A stretch of DNA of 64,000 nt from the NCBI GenBank assembly GCA_002450905.1, contig DKAT01000083.1:2061-66060 (forward strand), read 5' to 3'. The number at the start of each line of letters is the position of its first letter. The stretch's first letter is position 1. Below the pieces are notes generated by a model. It had not been told where the DNA came from and did no database searches. It saw only the letters and a list, made by a program, of their open reading frames with translations. Source of the stretch: Spirochaetia bacterium UBA6919. GTDB lineage: Bacteria; Spirochaetota; UBA6919. Position numbers and translations under genes: made by a program. Below are positions 61,441 through 64,000 of this stretch, in pieces.

Positions 61441-61511
61441 AAAATCTTATACCTTCATGGTTTTAAAATAAATTCCTTTTAATTTTATAAAAAACATATT
61501 ACATTTAAATA

Positions 61512-62390
61512 ATGAATAACGAAGAAATATATAAAAAAGTCAAGTTATTTGAAATCAAGTCTAAGAAACACCTCCAGCAGGTCTTGGCAGGTGCTTACCA
61601 TTCTGTATTTAAAGGAAAGGGGATTGAATTCTCTCACGTCAAGGAATACACTTTTGAAGATGACATAAAAGATATTGATTGGAATGTCACAGCACGAAGT
61701 GATCGTTGTTATATTAAAAACTATATTGAGGAGAGAGAATTAAAATTAATTATCGTTCTAGATATGAGTGGTTCTCAATATTTTGGTAGTCAGAGTCAGT
61801 TTAAAAAGGATTTATCTGTGGAACTTGCTGCTATTCTTGCATTCTCTGCTCTAAATAATAGAGATCAGGTAGGCCTCTTGTTGTTTAGTAATAAGATTGA
61901 GAAATATCTTCCGCCTAAAAAGCATAAAAATCATATATTACGCCTTGTAAGGGATCTCATCGCATTTCAGCCCACTAATTCCAAAACAGATTTATCCTAT
62001 TCCCTGTCATTTCTATTGAAAACACTTAAAAAACAAACTATAATCTTTGTCATATCGGATTTCATGGATAATCAAGACTTCACAAAGCCATTATTTCAAC
62101 TGGGGAGGAAACACGATGTCGTCTGTATCCGTGTGAGTGATCCTTTTGAAAATCAGCCCCCTCCGGTTGGGTACATCCATCTTGTAGACAGTGAAACAGG
62201 TGAAGAAGAATTAGTTAATCTAAAGCATTTTAATTTTCGTAAAAATTATTTTGATCAACTATTTGAGCACGATAGAAATCTCAAAAATCTTTTCAGAAAA
62301 TCAAATATAGACTATCTCCACTTCAAAACCAATGTATCTTACATAAGCCAGCTTACTCATTTCTTTAAAATCCGTTCTCAGAGATATTGA
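61512..62390 (+). CDS. DUF58-family protein (MoxR-associated, vWA-like)
   Basis: FKGKGIEFSHVKEYTFEDDIKDIDWNVTAR (DUF58 signature region) and LIIVLDMSGSQYFGS (DxSxS-like). 292 aa. Confidence 0.75.
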   Translation: MNNEEIYKKVKLFEIKSKKHLQQVLAGAYHSVFKGKGIEFSHVKEYTFEDDIKDIDWNVTARSDRCYIKNYIEERELKLIIVLDMSGSQYFGSQSQFKKDLSVELAAILAFSALNNRDQVGLLLFSNKIEKYLPPKKHKNHILRLVRDLIAFQPTNSKTDLSYSLSFLLKTLKKQTIIFVISDFMDNQDFTKPLFQLGRKHDVVCIRVSDPFENQPPPVGYIHLVDSETGEEELVNLKHFNFRKNYFDQLFEHDRNLKNLFRKSNIDYLHFKTNVSYISQLTHFFKIRSQRY

Positions 62391-63376
62391 TGAAGAAAAG
62401 AATCTCTATCTTCACCCTATCCAGTATAATTTGTCTTATATCATATACAAATACTTTCCCTGTGGAAATATCGTTATCCATCAATCGGACCTTGATGTAT
62501 CTTACAGGAGATGTTTATCAGTTAAAAATTATCGTCAATCATAATTCTGATGAGGAAATTGTTTCAAGTAAATCAGATATATCTTTAAATGAAAAGGATT
62601 TTTATAAGAAAATTCTAAATGCCCCTCATCCCATCGAGAAAATTGATATTGAATCAGTCAAGCCACGTACCCACACAATCAATAAATCAAATGGAAATTA
62701 TAAAATCACAGAAACATTTTTATATACCTTTCAAATATTCGAAATAGAAAACCTCCAGGTGGGCCCTGTGAAATTCCTTATAAATTATAAAAATAGGGAA
62801 TATGTTGTTTATTCACCCTACACCTATATAAATATCATACCACCTTACTCAAAAACAAATTTAAACAGCCCACTGATTCAAGATGTCGACCCAGAAAAGA
62901 AATCATCTTCAAACTATTATAAATTATTATTGATACTCGTTATTTTGATTATACTATTGTCTATAATCCTTTTTTTAAGCATAAAAAGAATATATCGATG
63001 GTATATTTTAAAGCAAGACAAACTGAATAATCCGTATATACAAGCTAAAGTTAGTTTCCAGTCAATACAAGAGATGAATAATATATCAGATGGTATGACT
63101 ACATCAAATAATGAAACTTATCATCAATTATCAAGAATTATGAAGCACTATTTAGAAAGGAGATTTCATATTTCACTTATTGAAAAAAATACGGCTGAAC
63201 TATATGATTTATTATATCCCCTGTCAATTGATCCTATCATCCAATTGGACATTATAAAATATTTTCAAAGATGCGATGAAATGAAGTTTTTGCCAAATTA
63301 TTTAAAAAATACCCATCTAATAATTGACATTCAACTCGCTCTTAAAATAATAAACACACTCAATTTATCAACCTGA
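62387..63376 (+). CDS. Membrane protein of the MoxR-DUF58-vWA (Bat-like) module (signal peptide, extracytoplasmic domain, one TM, cytoplasmic tail)
   Basis: ATGA overlap with the DUF58 gene. TM LLLILVILIILLSIILFLS at about residue 180. Same architecture as 5881..6705. Confidence 0.35.
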   Translation: MMKKRISIFTLSSIICLISYTNTFPVEISLSINRTLMYLTGDVYQLKIIVNHNSDEEIVSSKSDISLNEKDFYKKILNAPHPIEKIDIESVKPRTHTINKSNGNYKITETFLYTFQIFEIENLQVGPVKFLINYKNREYVVYSPYTYINIIPPYSKTNLNSPLIQDVDPEKKSSSNYYKLLLILVILIILLSIILFLSIKRIYRWYILKQDKLNNPYIQAKVSFQSIQEMNNISDGMTTSNNETYHQLSRIMKHYLERRFHISLIEKNTAELYDLLYPLSIDPIIQLDIIKYFQRCDEMKFLPNYLKNTHLIIDIQLALKIINTLNLST

Positions 63377-63552
63377 CAACATCTATAACCAAATAAACAT
63401 CGATTGATTATTAACATATAAAATGGGTGACTTTTTATATAATTTTAATATAATTATATATATATTTAATTTTTTTTCTAAAATATTCCTATCCAATATA
63501 ATTTTATATATAACATCTATTTAATATCTTAATATCAAACGGTATTTTTAAC

Positions 63553-64000
63553 ATGACCCTCGAGTCACCTGTAAGTCTAGTTCTATTAATCATTATTCCT
63601 ATTTTAATTTACTTGAGATTCAAAACATCCTATTTCTCAGAAGGAAAAATGTCTGTCCCTACCCTATCTCTTATAAAAAAAGGAATTAACCCGTACAATA
63701 AAATTCTAATTCATATCCCATTTGTTCTGACTTTGATATCCCTCATTCTAATTATCATAAGTCTGGCTAGACCACAGTTTCAACAGCAACGAATTGTAGA
63801 AAATGTAAAAGGAATTGAAATTATACTAGCAGTGGATACATCATTAAGTATGTGGTTTGTTGATGACGAAATTGATATGATGAGGCCAATCAGTCCTGAA
63901 ATGTATTATGACAGTTTAAAACCAATTTATTATGATCCATCCAAAAAATTAAAAAAACGAATTTTGATTGCCAAAAAAGTTATTGTGGATTTTATCGATA
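63553..64000 (+). CDS. BatA-like vWA-domain membrane protein, 3'-truncated by the window end
   Basis: Hand translation: MTLESPVSLVLLIIIPILIYLRF... two TM helices, then GIEIILAVDTSLSM (MIDAS DxSxS) and RILIAKKVIVDFID. No stop before the window end. Confidence 0.6.
   Translation, partial: MTLESPVSLVLLIIIPILIYLRFKTSYFSEGKMSVPTLSLIKKGINPYNKILIHIPFVLTLISLILIIISLARPQFQQQRIVENVKGIEIILAVDTSLSMWFVDDEIDMMRPISPEMYYDSLKPIYYDPSKKLKKRILIAKKVIVDFID

Noticed and set aside
1-64000. Alternative genetic code (TGA or TAA read as sense), suggested by the two single-stop-interrupted genes
   Set aside because: All other long genes (argS, prkA, the MCPs, htrA and so on) have normal lengths under the standard code, and Trp is encoded by TGG inside the interrupted integrase itself. 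A recoded genome would fragment most ORFs in the supplied track.
1-64000. CRISPR array, rRNA genes, complete tRNA genes
   Set aside because: By-eye scan found no regularly spaced direct repeats, no rRNA-like GC-rich conserved blocks, and no intact cloverleaf. The GGTTCAATTCC segment at 3656..3683 lacks D and anticodon arms.

Overview
AT-rich (roughly 30% GC by eye), densely coding chromosomal segment. The gene content fits a motile, chemotactic Gram-negative bacterium, possibly spirochaete-like, but that call is low-confidence. Housekeeping genes I recognise from motifs are recF, aroK, pyrB and pyrC, argS, trpC and trkA/trkH. Signalling genes are frequent: two methyl-accepting chemoreceptors (one with an NIT sensor plus a C-terminal hemerythrin), a GGDEF diguanylate cyclase with its periplasmic binding-protein partner, a class-III nucleotide cyclase fused to a STAS domain, and two histidine-kinase genes. 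The conserved PrkA / YeaH(DUF444) / SpoVR triad is present. A MoxR / DUF58 / vWA (Bat-like) system appears split between the two ends of the window. There is a small degraded integrase island and a GT2 + GT-C + APH-kinase glycosylation cluster. I found no rRNA, no convincing full tRNA, no CRISPR array and no obvious defence-system genes (nucleases, helicases, methyltransferases). The observations I consider most worth follow-up are: (1) two otherwise intact genes, a hybrid histidine kinase and a tyrosine integrase, each broken by a single in-frame stop codon with perfect frame continuity across it; (2) a tandem pair of about 600-aa paralogous proteins with no recognisable domains; (3) a roughly 35-nt conserved inverted-repeat hairpin element present at two distant intergenic sites; (4) an NIT-MCP-hemerythrin chemoreceptor and an MCP co-transcribed with a DUF3391-like protein. 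Product calls rest on motif recognition by eye. I could run no database search, so family names are hypotheses, each stated with its evidence.
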